IMG/VR virus record: IMGVR_UViG_3300048599_000735
Coordinates: 1 to 38,797 of that record
Source: a virus
Lineage: Duplodnaviria > Caudoviricetes
Direction: 5' to 3' (one strand)
DNA: 38,797 nucleotides
The position numbers and the translations under genes are program-made. This document shows positions 1 to 8,029 of this stretch, in pieces; within the stretch, counting starts at the first letter, position 1, and each line of letters starts with the position of its first letter. Below the pieces are notes generated by a model, which did no database searches, was not told the DNA's origin, and saw nothing but the letters and a program-made list of their open reading frames with translations.

Positions 1-969
1 ATGCTGAATGAAACTGATCTCGCCCATGCCGACCTTTCGAGGGCCGACCTCAACCTGCTGGTCCTGTTCGAGATCGTGCGGGAGGAGCGGCATGTCGGGC
101 GGGCGGCGGAGCGGCTCAACCTCTCCTCGTCGGCGGTGAGCCACGGGCTCGGCCGGCTGCGGCGGCTGCTCAACGATCCGCTGTTCCTCAAGACGCCGCG
201 GGGCGTCGTGCCGACGGCGCGCGCGCTGGAGCTGGCCGCGCCGATTGCCGACATCCTGGCGCGGGTGCGGAGCGTCGTGGCGACCGCCGCGCCGTTCGAG
301 CCCGCGACCTCGACGCGCCGCTTCACGATCGGCGCGCCCGATGGCGTGTCGGCGGTGTTCCTGCCGCCGCTGCTCGCCCGGCTGCGCAAGCAAGCGCCCG
401 GCATCGACATCGCCGTGCGCCAGCTCCTGCCGACGCAGGGCGAGGCCTCGGCCGAGCACGCGTGGCGCGGCGCGCTGGCCGATCTTGAAGCCCAAGGGAG
501 AGAGGGCGCGAGGGAGGGCGCGCTGGATATCGCGATCATGCCGTCCGACGACATGCCGGCGCGCTTCCACGGGCGGTTGCTGTTCGAGGAGGATTTTGTC
601 CTCGCGATGCGCGCCGGCCATCCGTTCGCCCGCGCGCCGACGCTCGACCGTTATTGCGAGATGCAGCATCTCGTGGTCTCGCTCACCGGCGATGCCCATG
701 GCTTCGTCGATCGCGTGCTGGCCGAGCAGGGCCGGACGCGGCGGGTCGCGCTGACGGTGCCGAACTTCATGTTCGCGCTGGCGCTGGTGGCCGAGACCGA
801 CCTGATCACGGCGCTGCCGCGGCGGTTCGCGGCCCGCCATGCGCGCCGCTTCGGCGTGGTGCGGCGGGAGGCGCCGCTGCCCCTGGGACGTTTCCGGCTC
901 ACCGCCATCGCGCCCAGGGTGGCGATGATGGATGCCGGCCTCGCCTGGCTGTTCGACAGGCTCTGGTGA
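1..969 (+). CDS. LysR-family transcriptional regulator
   Basis: N-terminal LysR HTH (DLNLLVLF...AAERLNLSSSAVSHGLGRLR...DPLF), LysR substrate-binding domain; host-like gene. Confidence 0.95.
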   Translation: MLNETDLAHADLSRADLNLLVLFEIVREERHVGRAAERLNLSSSAVSHGLGRLRRLLNDPLFLKTPRGVVPTARALELAAPIADILARVRSVVATAAPFEPATSTRRFTIGAPDGVSAVFLPPLLARLRKQAPGIDIAVRQLLPTQGEASAEHAWRGALADLEAQGREGAREGALDIAIMPSDDMPARFHGRLLFEEDFVLAMRAGHPFARAPTLDRYCEMQHLVVSLTGDAHGFVDRVLAEQGRTRRVALTVPNFMFALALVAETDLITALPRRFAARHARRFGVVRREAPLPLGRFRLTAIAPRVAMMDAGLAWLFDRLW

Positions 970-1014
970 CGCGAACGGTGACTCCGGCGGCGAGTCTGGC
1001 TACTCGTCGGAGGG

Positions 1015-2943
1015 ATGAGTGGCGATTATCGTTGGGTCGAGGATTTCGACGACCTCATCCGTGCAATCGATTGCACGTTCGCGGAGACGGGCCGGCCGGT
1101 CGAGGTCGCGGCCCGGCTCGATAGCCAGGGCGGGCCTGCCATCGCGTTCACCATGGCAGCTGGCGCGGCGGACTGTCTCGATCTCTCGGGCGTGCTGTCC
1201 GATCATGCTGCCGCGGGCCTGCGGTTCCTGCTGACTTCGCCGCGGATCAGGTTGCGCGGCGCCAACTTCAAGGCCGACATGGGGTGGCTCGCCGCGCGGC
1301 TGGGCATCGACTGCACCAACTTCGCCTTCGACGCGCTGCTGGCGGGCTCGCTGCTCGACGAGAACCGCTCCAACAGCCTCGCCACCTACGCGACGCTCTA
1401 CATGCCCGCCGAGGAGGGGAGCGGCGAGGAGGAGACTCCGCACGACCCGCGCTTGCATCGCCTGGGCCGCGCCGTCGACGCCGCCTTCCAGTCCGCCGCC
1501 GCCATCCGCCGCGAACTGCTGGCATCGCCAGCACTCGCCCATTTCTACGTGACCCTGCTCCATCCCGCCTCGCAAGCCTTCGCCCGCCTCGAACAGCGCG
1601 GCGTCGTGGCCTCGCGCGACCGCTTCGAAGCGCTGCGCATCGAGCTGGAGGGTGAGGACGGCCGCGGCGGCGCGCTGGCCGATCTCGACCGCGAGGTGCG
1701 GGCGCTGCTGCCCGGCCGGCTCCGCATGAAATACGCCGACAACCTCGCCGTCCGCCCCGCGCTGCTGCGCGACTTCTTCTTCGGCACTGCGGGCCTCCAC
1801 CTCAAGCCGCGCATGGTGACGCCGCGCCACGGCGAGCCCTCGACCGCCAAGGCGCACCTCGCGATGTTCCACGACGTGCCCGAGGCGGCGGCGATGGTGA
1901 CGGTCCTCGAAGCGCGCAGCGGGGCGGCCAAGATGCTCTCGGCCTACGTGAAGGGCTTCCTCAAGCACCTGCACGCCGACGGCCGCTTCCATCCGAGCTA
2001 CATGCTGTTCGCCGGCCGAGCCTGCGACGACGATACGAGCGACAAGAGGGGCGACAGCGGCACCGTCACCGGCCGCACCTCCGCGCGCGATCCCGCCATC
2101 CAGACCGTGCCGAAGCGCGGGACGTGGGCGAAGAAGCTCCGCCGCTGTTTCGTGGCGCCGCCCGGCATGGCGATCTGGTCGACCGATGCGGCACAAGGCG
2201 AACTCAAGATTGCGGCCTGCCTCGCGGACGAGGCCAACATGCTGGCGGCCTATCGCGCCGGGCTCGACCTCCATGCCGTCACCGGCGCGTCGATGATGGA
2301 CATGCCGATCGACGCCTTCATGGCGCTGGCCGCCGACGTTCGGGATCGCGAGAAGATGGAGCGCTTCGAACTGGGCCGCTTCAAGGCCAAGGCCTGCAAC
2401 TTCGGCCTGCTCTACGGCATGCAGGCCAAGGGCTTCGTGCGCTACGCCTGGCAGACCTTCAAGATGGTGCTGAGCGAGACGCAGGCGCAGGAGATGATCG
2501 ACCGCTTCTTTGCGACCTATCCCGGCCTGCTCGACTGGCACGAGGCCGCGCGCAAGCAGGCGCGGCGCGACGGCGCCGTCGCCAATCCGTTCGGCAGGAT
2601 GCGCCACCTGCCGTGGATTCGCGCACAGGATCGCCAGATCGCAAGCCGCGCCGAACGCCAGGCGATCAACGCGCCGGTGCAATCGACACTCTCCGATCTC
2701 ACCTGCTGGGCCTTGAGCGAAATCGACCGGCAAATCCCCGAGGCCCAACCCTGCGCCATGATCCACGACGCCATCGTGGGCTACTGCCCCGAGGACCGCG
2801 CCGACGAAATCGGCCGGCAGATCGTCGAGGTCGCGGGCAACCTGCCGATCGAGACACTCTGCGGCTGGCGTCCCCAACTGCGCTTCTCCTTCGACCACGA
2901 ACACGGCCCCGACATGGGCTCGATGACGAAGATGAAGGTGTAA
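1015..2943 (+). CDS. polA: Phage-type family A DNA polymerase with degenerate 3'-5' exonuclease domain
   Basis: TVTGRTS..DPAIQTVP, motif A DAAQGELKI, motif B RFKAKACNFGLLYG, ERQAINAPVQS, motif C MIHDAI; GGAGG upstream. Confidence 0.92.
   Translation: MSGDYRWVEDFDDLIRAIDCTFAETGRPVEVAARLDSQGGPAIAFTMAAGAADCLDLSGVLSDHAAAGLRFLLTSPRIRLRGANFKADMGWLAARLGIDCTNFAFDALLAGSLLDENRSNSLATYATLYMPAEEGSGEEETPHDPRLHRLGRAVDAAFQSAAAIRRELLASPALAHFYVTLLHPASQAFARLEQRGVVASRDRFEALRIELEGEDGRGGALADLDREVRALLPGRLRMKYADNLAVRPALLRDFFFGTAGLHLKPRMVTPRHGEPSTAKAHLAMFHDVPEAAAMVTVLEARSGAAKMLSAYVKGFLKHLHADGRFHPSYMLFAGRACDDDTSDKRGDSGTVTGRTSARDPAIQTVPKRGTWAKKLRRCFVAPPGMAIWSTDAAQGELKIAACLADEANMLAAYRAGLDLHAVTGASMMDMPIDAFMALAADVRDREKMERFELGRFKAKACNFGLLYGMQAKGFVRYAWQTFKMVLSETQAQEMIDRFFATYPGLLDWHEAARKQARRDGAVANPFGRMRHLPWIRAQDRQIASRAERQAINAPVQSTLSDLTCWALSEIDRQIPEAQPCAMIHDAIVGYCPEDRADEIGRQIVEVAGNLPIETLCGWRPQLRFSFDHEHGPDMGSMTKMKV
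1060..1077. promoter_or_regulatory. 18-bp perfect palindrome CGTGCAATCGATTGCACG (copy 1)
   Basis: Perfect inverted repeat; identical copy at 4486-4503; function inferred. Confidence 0.6.
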
Positions 2944-2982
2944 CGCTGGGCGCGCGCCAGTGGACTGGCGCGCCCCCAGCGT
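2943..2982. repeat. GC-rich hairpin, 19-bp arms with one mismatch, after polA
   Basis: acgctgggcgcgcgccagt-gg-actggcgcgcccccagcgt; no U-tract. Confidence 0.7.
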
Positions 2983-3052
2983 GGACGCAGCCGAGGACCG
3001 GCGACGCCGGTGGCGATGGCGCGGGCGCGCGGGCCGTCCATAGGCTCGCGGC

Positions 3053-4528
3053 ATGAAGATCAAACAGCCCGAGATGCGTGTCACCTCGCTTGCTCCTGCC
3101 GGTGCGCCGGCGATGGCGTCGAACGCGCTGCAGGTCGAGGACGAATTCAACGCCTTCTACATGGCCGGCACGGACGGCGCGGCGGGGCATGTGCTGCGGC
3201 CGCCCTACGATCCGCGCGTGCTGGAGCGGCTCACGCAGGAGAACAATGTCCTGGGCGCCTGCATCGACGCCATGGTGGTCAACGTCGCCGGCACCGGGCA
3301 TCGCATCGAGCGCGAGACCAAACGCGCTGACGAACCCGACGAGCAGGACGATCCGGTCGCCTGCAAGCTCGAAGCCTTCTTCCGCGAGCCGTTCCCCGGC
3401 ACGAGCTTCCTCGCCATGCGCCGCGACCTCGAACGCGACATGGAGCGGGTGGGCTACGGCGCGCTGGAGATCATGCGCAACGCCGCGGGCGAAGTGGTGT
3501 TCCTGCGCAACACGCCGGCCCGCACCATTCGCCTCTGCAAACTCGATGCGCCGGCGCCGGTCGCCAAGACCGTCTCGCGCAATGGCGCGGAGATCTCCGT
3601 CAACGTCATGGTGCGCGAGCGCCGCTTCGTGCAGCTCATGGCCGGGCAGCTGCTGTTCTTCAAGGAGTTCGGCGCGTCGCGTCAGCTCGACAAGCACACC
3701 GGCCAGTGGGAAAGCGCCGAGCGGCCCGTGCCGGTTCAGGCGCGCGCCACCGAGCTTCTTTACTTCCAGGTGGGGCAGGACCCCAACAGTCCCTACGGCG
3801 TGCCGCGCTGGGAGGGGCAGATCCCCTCGGTCGTCGGCTCGCGCGCGGCGGAGGAGAACAACCTCACCTATCTTCAGTCGGGCGGCCTGCCGCCGGCGCT
3901 GATCGTGGTGCAAGGCGGCATCGTCGCCGGCGAGGCGCGGCAGGCGCTGGAGCGCCAGTTCGCGCCGGGCCAGAAGTCGCGCGCCGCCATCCTCGAAGTG
4001 CCCGCGACCGACGGCATGCTCGACAAGCCGGGCACGGTGAAGGTCACGGTCGAACGGTTCGGCCACGAGCGCGCCGGCGACAGCATGTTCGAGCGCTACG
4101 ACGACAAGTGCGCGGAACGGGTGCTGCGTGCCTTCCGCTTCTCGCCGCTGTTCCTCGGCAAGTCGGCCGACTTCAACTTCGCGACGGCCTATGCGTCCTA
4201 TCTCGCGGCAGAGAGCCAGGTGTTCGGGCCGGAGCGCCGTCTGTTCGACGAGATCGTGACGCGCAAGCTGCTGCCGGAACTGGGCGGCGCGGGCTATGTG
4301 TTCCGCTCCAATCCCATCGCCATCAAGGACGTGACGCAGCAGATCGAAGCGCTCGCGCTGGCGGCGGGCCTGCCGGGTATCGACCTCGAGAGCGTCGTCG
4401 ATCAGCTCAACAAGGCGGCCGAGCTGGAGCTGCAGTTCCGGTGTTCGGAGGCGCCACCTCAATCGTCGATCGCGCAATTGCGTCCCGTGCAATCGATTGC
4501 ACGCCCCGGATCGGAGGCCGAACCGTGA
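3053..4528 (+). CDS. Phage portal protein, PBSX/XkdE-like
   Basis: PPYDP..L, D.E..GYGALEI.RN..GEV, YGVPRW, N..YL..GG.P, FNFATA motifs; 491 aa; upstream of protease and capsid. Confidence 0.88.
   Translation: MKIKQPEMRVTSLAPAGAPAMASNALQVEDEFNAFYMAGTDGAAGHVLRPPYDPRVLERLTQENNVLGACIDAMVVNVAGTGHRIERETKRADEPDEQDDPVACKLEAFFREPFPGTSFLAMRRDLERDMERVGYGALEIMRNAAGEVVFLRNTPARTIRLCKLDAPAPVAKTVSRNGAEISVNVMVRERRFVQLMAGQLLFFKEFGASRQLDKHTGQWESAERPVPVQARATELLYFQVGQDPNSPYGVPRWEGQIPSVVGSRAAEENNLTYLQSGGLPPALIVVQGGIVAGEARQALERQFAPGQKSRAAILEVPATDGMLDKPGTVKVTVERFGHERAGDSMFERYDDKCAERVLRAFRFSPLFLGKSADFNFATAYASYLAAESQVFGPERRLFDEIVTRKLLPELGGAGYVFRSNPIAIKDVTQQIEALALAAGLPGIDLESVVDQLNKAAELELQFRCSEAPPQSSIAQLRPVQSIARPGSEAEP
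4486..4503. promoter_or_regulatory. 18-bp perfect palindrome CGTGCAATCGATTGCACG (copy 2), 3' end of portal
   Basis: Identical to 1060-1077. Confidence 0.6.
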
Positions 4529-4608
4529 GCCGAGCCCGCCAGGTGAAGACCTGGCTGCACCTGCTGCTTTACGCGCTGGCCTTCCACTGCACGCCGATCC
4601 CGGCATGA
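4525..4608 (+). CDS. 27-aa hydrophobic small ORF (MSRARQVKTWLHLLLYALAFHCTPIPA)
   Basis: GGAGG at 4513-4517; GTGA overlap with portal stop and ATGA overlap with next start. Confidence 0.45.
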   Translation: MSRARQVKTWLHLLLYALAFHCTPIPA

Positions 4609-4865
4609 GCCCGCTGCTGGGCCTGAAGCTCGCCGCCGCAGCACTAGCGTTGGCCATCGTCGCGGGCGCGCTGTGGTGGACCTATGCCGAAGGCAAGAGC
4701 GCCGGCCGCAACGAAGTCTCGACCCGGTCGATGGAGAAGGCGGCGGAGAAGACAAATGAAGGCATCAGGCTGCGCAATCAGGCGGCGCGTCGCGCTGCTG
4801 GCGACGACGACGACACTGCTTTCGAGCGCATGCGCCCCCGCGCCCGTGATGGTGCTGAGCCCTGA
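4605..4865 (+). CDS. Inner-membrane spanin (Rz-like)
   Basis: N-terminal TM helix LAAAALALAIVAGALWW then charged helical region; overlaps a lipoprotein ORF. Confidence 0.65.
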   Translation: MSPLLGLKLAAAALALAIVAGALWWTYAEGKSAGRNEVSTRSMEKAAEKTNEGIRLRNQAARRAAGDDDDTAFERMRPRARDGAEP

Positions 4866-5019
4866 TCCCTGTGCGCGCTTCTCCCGGCTGGAAATGACCG
4901 ACGCGCAGGTCGACGACGCCAAGCGTTCCGCCGAGAGCCGCCAGACCTGGCGCCCGTTCTTCAACCAGACGAACGCCCACAACGACGTGTTCGACGCGAC
5001 GTGCCTGAAGGCGAGGTGA
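4756..5019 (+). CDS. Outer-membrane spanin lipoprotein (Rz1-like)
   Basis: GGAG RBS, basic N-terminus, lipobox-like LLSSAC then Pro-rich segment; +1 frame overlap with the Rz-like gene. Confidence 0.6.
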   Translation: MKASGCAIRRRVALLATTTTLLSSACAPAPVMVLSPDPCARFSRLEMTDAQVDDAKRSAESRQTWRPFFNQTNAHNDVFDATCLKAR

Positions 5020-5026
5020 TGCCTCG

Positions 5027-5491
5027 CTATTTCTTCAGGACGACATGCTCGAGTTCGAAATCGTCGGCGGAGGCGCCGAACATGGCGTAGTAGCCGCGAT
5101 GCTCGGGGTTCTTGAAGACGTCCTTGCGCGTCTCGAAGAACTCTTTGTCGTACCAGTTCACGCCGAACGAGATCGTCATGCCTTCGCGGAACGACGAGCT
5201 CCATTCCCAGAGAACAAGCAGTTCGGGCCGCAGCCGCAGCCTTTCATCCGACCAGCGCAGGAGCCGCACGCACTGGCGCAGGTCGCGTTCGTTGGAGAAA
5301 GTGATGCGGGCCTTGGTCTGGGCGTAGGGCTTGCGGCCGGCGGCAGGGCCCTCGGTGCCGCGCAGGATCATCACGCGCTGGGTGACGCCTTTGCGAAGTT
5401 CGCGGTCGAGTTCGTCGTCGATGTCCGGTAGCAGATCGTCGCCAATGCGCAGAAGGTCGCTTTCGTGACTCCGGTGTGAGTCTTGCACCAT
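5027..5491 (-). CDS. Hypothetical protein (154 aa), antisense to the phage genes
   Basis: GGGGGAGG RBS before ATG at 5491; protein-like composition (MVQDSHRSHE...HVVLKK). Confidence 0.75.
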   Translation of the reverse strand: MVQDSHRSHESDLLRIGDDLLPDIDDELDRELRKGVTQRVMILRGTEGPAAGRKPYAQTKARITFSNERDLRQCVRLLRWSDERLRLRPELLVLWEWSSSFREGMTISFGVNWYDKEFFETRKDVFKNPEHRGYYAMFGASADDFELEHVVLKK

Positions 5492-5674
5492 CGCTGCCTC
5501 CCCCGTTGAATTCTCGTCGGCGGATTGACGATGAATCCGTACCGCTCCCACGAAGGCGGGGACATCAGTATTTTGGCATATCAGAAACACAACCGGCGCC
5601 GCCCCTGATCGCGAACGCGCCGCCGCTGCATCATCCCGCTGAGCCTCGCCGTGTCGGGCTCTACCCTCCACACG

Positions 5675-6190
5675 ATGGACTGGAAGCCGATCGTCACGGT
5701 CGTGGCGCCGACCTTTGCCTGTGCGCTGGAAGGGCCGTTGAAGGGGCTGGCGGCGGGGGTGGCAGGGAAGGTGCTGCTGGAGCGCGACGACGCGCGGCCG
5801 GACGAGATTGTCGAGACGATCCTGAAGGAGCAGACGCCGGAGCTGATGCACCGGCTGCGGCGGGTCGAGGCCGCCATCGTCGAGCAGCAGCGCATGCTGG
5901 GCTTCACCTTCGCGGCGCTGCGGCCGGAGGTGCATCGCCGGCCGAGCCCGTGGGCGCACCTCGGCATCAACATCCTGGCGGCCGTCGTGCTCGGCATGTT
6001 CATGGCGGGCGTCTACTACGTCTTCAACAAGAAGCTGCCGGCCGACGAGCCCGCCTCGATTGCACTGATCTCGTCCGTGGTGGGCTATCTCGCGGCCAAC
6101 ACCACGCAGGTGCTGAGCTACTATTTCGGTTCGACGTCGAGCACCAACCGCCGCAGCGAGGCGATGACCGACGCGTTGCAGAACAAATAA
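5675..6190 (+). CDS. Putative holin (3TM holin-like family)
   Basis: MDWK..V..VAPT.A.AL.GP N-terminus; C-terminal TM helices ending QVLSYYFGS. Confidence 0.6.
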   Translation: MDWKPIVTVVAPTFACALEGPLKGLAAGVAGKVLLERDDARPDEIVETILKEQTPELMHRLRRVEAAIVEQQRMLGFTFAALRPEVHRRPSPWAHLGINILAAVVLGMFMAGVYYVFNKKLPADEPASIALISSVVGYLAANTTQVLSYYFGSTSSTNRRSEAMTDALQNK

Positions 6191-6244
6191 TTGCCTTCGC
6201 GCCGGCCGGTGCTATTCACCCTCCACACGACCAAGGAGGGTTGC

Positions 6245-6697
6245 TTGAACACATTGACCGTCATGCAGATCGTCGCCGCGCACGAGGCCATCGCCCGCCT
6301 GCGGGACAAGCCGCTGCCCGGCGCGGTGAGCTATCGCCTGTCGAAGATCGTGAAGTATCTCGACGAGGAGTTCCGCCTCTACGCCACCGTGAAGAACGAG
6401 CTGATCGTGCGTCACGGCGAGCCGGTGCCGGACAAGCCGGAGGAGTATCGCGTGCTGCCGCACCTGCCGGGCTTCGCTGCCTACATCGAGGCGATGACGC
6501 GCGTGCACGAGGAGACGGTGCCGTTTCCCTTCAAGAGGATCGAAGTGAAGGACCTCGACCTCGACTTCTCGGCCAACGAGATCGAGGCGCTGGCGCCGAT
6601 CTTCGACGGCTTCGCGGTCGACGATGATGGCGTGGACGCCACCGCCCTCGAAGCCCGCGCCGCGGTTCGGCGGGAGCGGCTTACCGCTTCGGTCTAA
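6245..6697 (+). CDS. Conserved phage protein (DUF1617-like)
   Basis: AAGGAGG RBS then TTG; LP..VSY.L.K...L.EE...Y....NEL...HG pattern. Confidence 0.55.
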   Translation: MNTLTVMQIVAAHEAIARLRDKPLPGAVSYRLSKIVKYLDEEFRLYATVKNELIVRHGEPVPDKPEEYRVLPHLPGFAAYIEAMTRVHEETVPFPFKRIEVKDLDLDFSANEIEALAPIFDGFAVDDDGVDATALEARAAVRRERLTASV

Positions 6698-6701
6698 CCT
6701 C

Positions 6702-6813
6702 TGTCGTCTCGCGCGGAGTAACCTCCGCGCTGGAGCGTAAGCGAAGGACCTCATCGCCGCCTGCCATCAGTGAGGCAACCGGCATGAGATCCTTCGCTGC
6801 GCTCAGGATGACA
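6702..6813. repeat. Host REP/MITE-like palindromic element, copy A
   Basis: Right arm AGATCCTTCGCTGCGCTCAGGATGACA identical to copies B-D; left arm interrupted by a small hairpin. Confidence 0.85.
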
Positions 6814-6895
6814 GAAGAGGGCACACGGTTCCTAAACCGAACCAGGGCCGGGCGGAGCTGTAGCCGCCCGGACGGCGGCGGCTAACGTCGCTCGC

Positions 6896-7510
6896 ATGTC
6901 TCCCCCCATGTCCCTCATCGAAGTCGCGATCAAGAAGCAGGACGCCGAACAGCAGATCGTGTTCGGGGAAGTCTTTGCCCCCGGCGTCACCGACGCGCAG
7001 GGCGACCGCATGTCGGCGGCGGAGATCGCCAAGGCGGCCTATCTCTTCATGGAAAAGGGCCGGCTGGCGAAGATCGACACCAACCACGATCTACTGCCCA
7101 ACGGTTCCTACATCGTCGAGACCTTCATCGCGCGCGCGGGCGATCCGACCTTCATCGCGGGCGCCTGGGTGATCGGCGTGAAGGTGCCCGATCCCGCGCT
7201 ATGGTCGGCCATCAAGAAGGGCGAGCTGAACGGCTTTTCCCTCGATGGCGCGGGCTTTCGCGAGGAAGTGACCCTGGAGGTCGAGATTCCCGAGGCGCTG
7301 TCGGGCCTTACCGACCGGGTTGGTGTCGGAGTCGAAGCCCACGCCCATCAGTTCACGGTCCGCTTCGATGCCGACGGCAATTTCCTCGGCGGCGAGACCG
7401 ATATCGTGCAGGGCCATCGCCACACCATCACGCGCGGCACGCTGACCGACGAGAGCGCGGGCCACAGCCATCGTTTCTCCTATGTCGAGGGGCTTCTCCA
7501 TGAATCGTGA
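6896..7510 (+). CDS. XkdF-like prohead serine protease with His-rich C-terminal repeats
   Basis: VFGEVFAP..DAQGD.M...EI.KAAY.F, IDTNHD, LW..IKKGELNGFSLDG; HAH, GHRH, GHSH repeats. Confidence 0.85.
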   Translation: MSPPMSLIEVAIKKQDAEQQIVFGEVFAPGVTDAQGDRMSAAEIAKAAYLFMEKGRLAKIDTNHDLLPNGSYIVETFIARAGDPTFIAGAWVIGVKVPDPALWSAIKKGELNGFSLDGAGFREEVTLEVEIPEALSGLTDRVGVGVEAHAHQFTVRFDADGNFLGGETDIVQGHRHTITRGTLTDESAGHSHRFSYVEGLLHES

Positions 7511-7970
7511 GGTCAAGAGGCGTGAAGTCAAAGCCAACGAACTCAGCGACGTCGACGTGCGCTTCGTGTCGCTGGTCAAGCGCGGCGCCAACCGCATCCC
7601 GTTCCGTCTCACCAAGGAAGACACAACCAAGATGCTCGATTTCGTGAAGCTCTTCCGCAAGAGCGACGAGGAGGCGAAACCCGCGCCGTCCTCGGCACCG
7701 CAGCCCGAGGCTCCGCACAAGGAGCCGTCCAAGGAGGAGAAGGATCCTGTCCTCGCGGCGCTCGCGCGCCTGGAGGAGGGACAGCGTGCCTTGGCCGAAA
7801 GCGTCGGCCAGCTCGTCGCCAAGGTGCAGAAGACCGATGCCCCCCTGTCCTATGGCGTCTCCAGTGTCGTGCTGGGCGAGGCCAATCGCGACCAGCCGGT
7901 GCGTCTCGCCAAAAGAGCAGGGGGCGCGGGTATCCCGAGGCTGCTCGATACCGGCCTGATCAAGCTCTGA
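7500..7970 (+). CDS. Putative capsid scaffold carrying a protease-fold segment
   Basis: ELSDVDVRFVSLVKRGAN N-terminus, Pro/Glu/Lys linker, short coiled coil; lies between protease and capsid. Confidence 0.6.
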   Translation: MNREVKRREVKANELSDVDVRFVSLVKRGANRIPFRLTKEDTTKMLDFVKLFRKSDEEAKPAPSSAPQPEAPHKEPSKEEKDPVLAALARLEEGQRALAESVGQLVAKVQKTDAPLSYGVSSVVLGEANRDQPVRLAKRAGGAGIPRLLDTGLIKL

Positions 7971-8029
7971 TCCGCCGACTGACTCTACATCCTCGAACTC
8001 GACACAGCCCAAGGAGGGGCGTCCTAAAA

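Noticed and set aside
2677-2686. Half-site GTGCAATCGA of the 18-bp palindrome in polA
   Set aside because: Coincides with the conserved N.P(V/I)Q(S/G) polymerase motif, so protein constraint explains it
1000-3150. 716-aa minus-strand ORF, and similar long antisense ORFs (2699-4657, 8024-9355, 12348-13802, 25238-27961, 34763-36151)
   Set aside because: Shadow frames of well-supported plus-strand genes in high-GC DNA; no recognisable motifs
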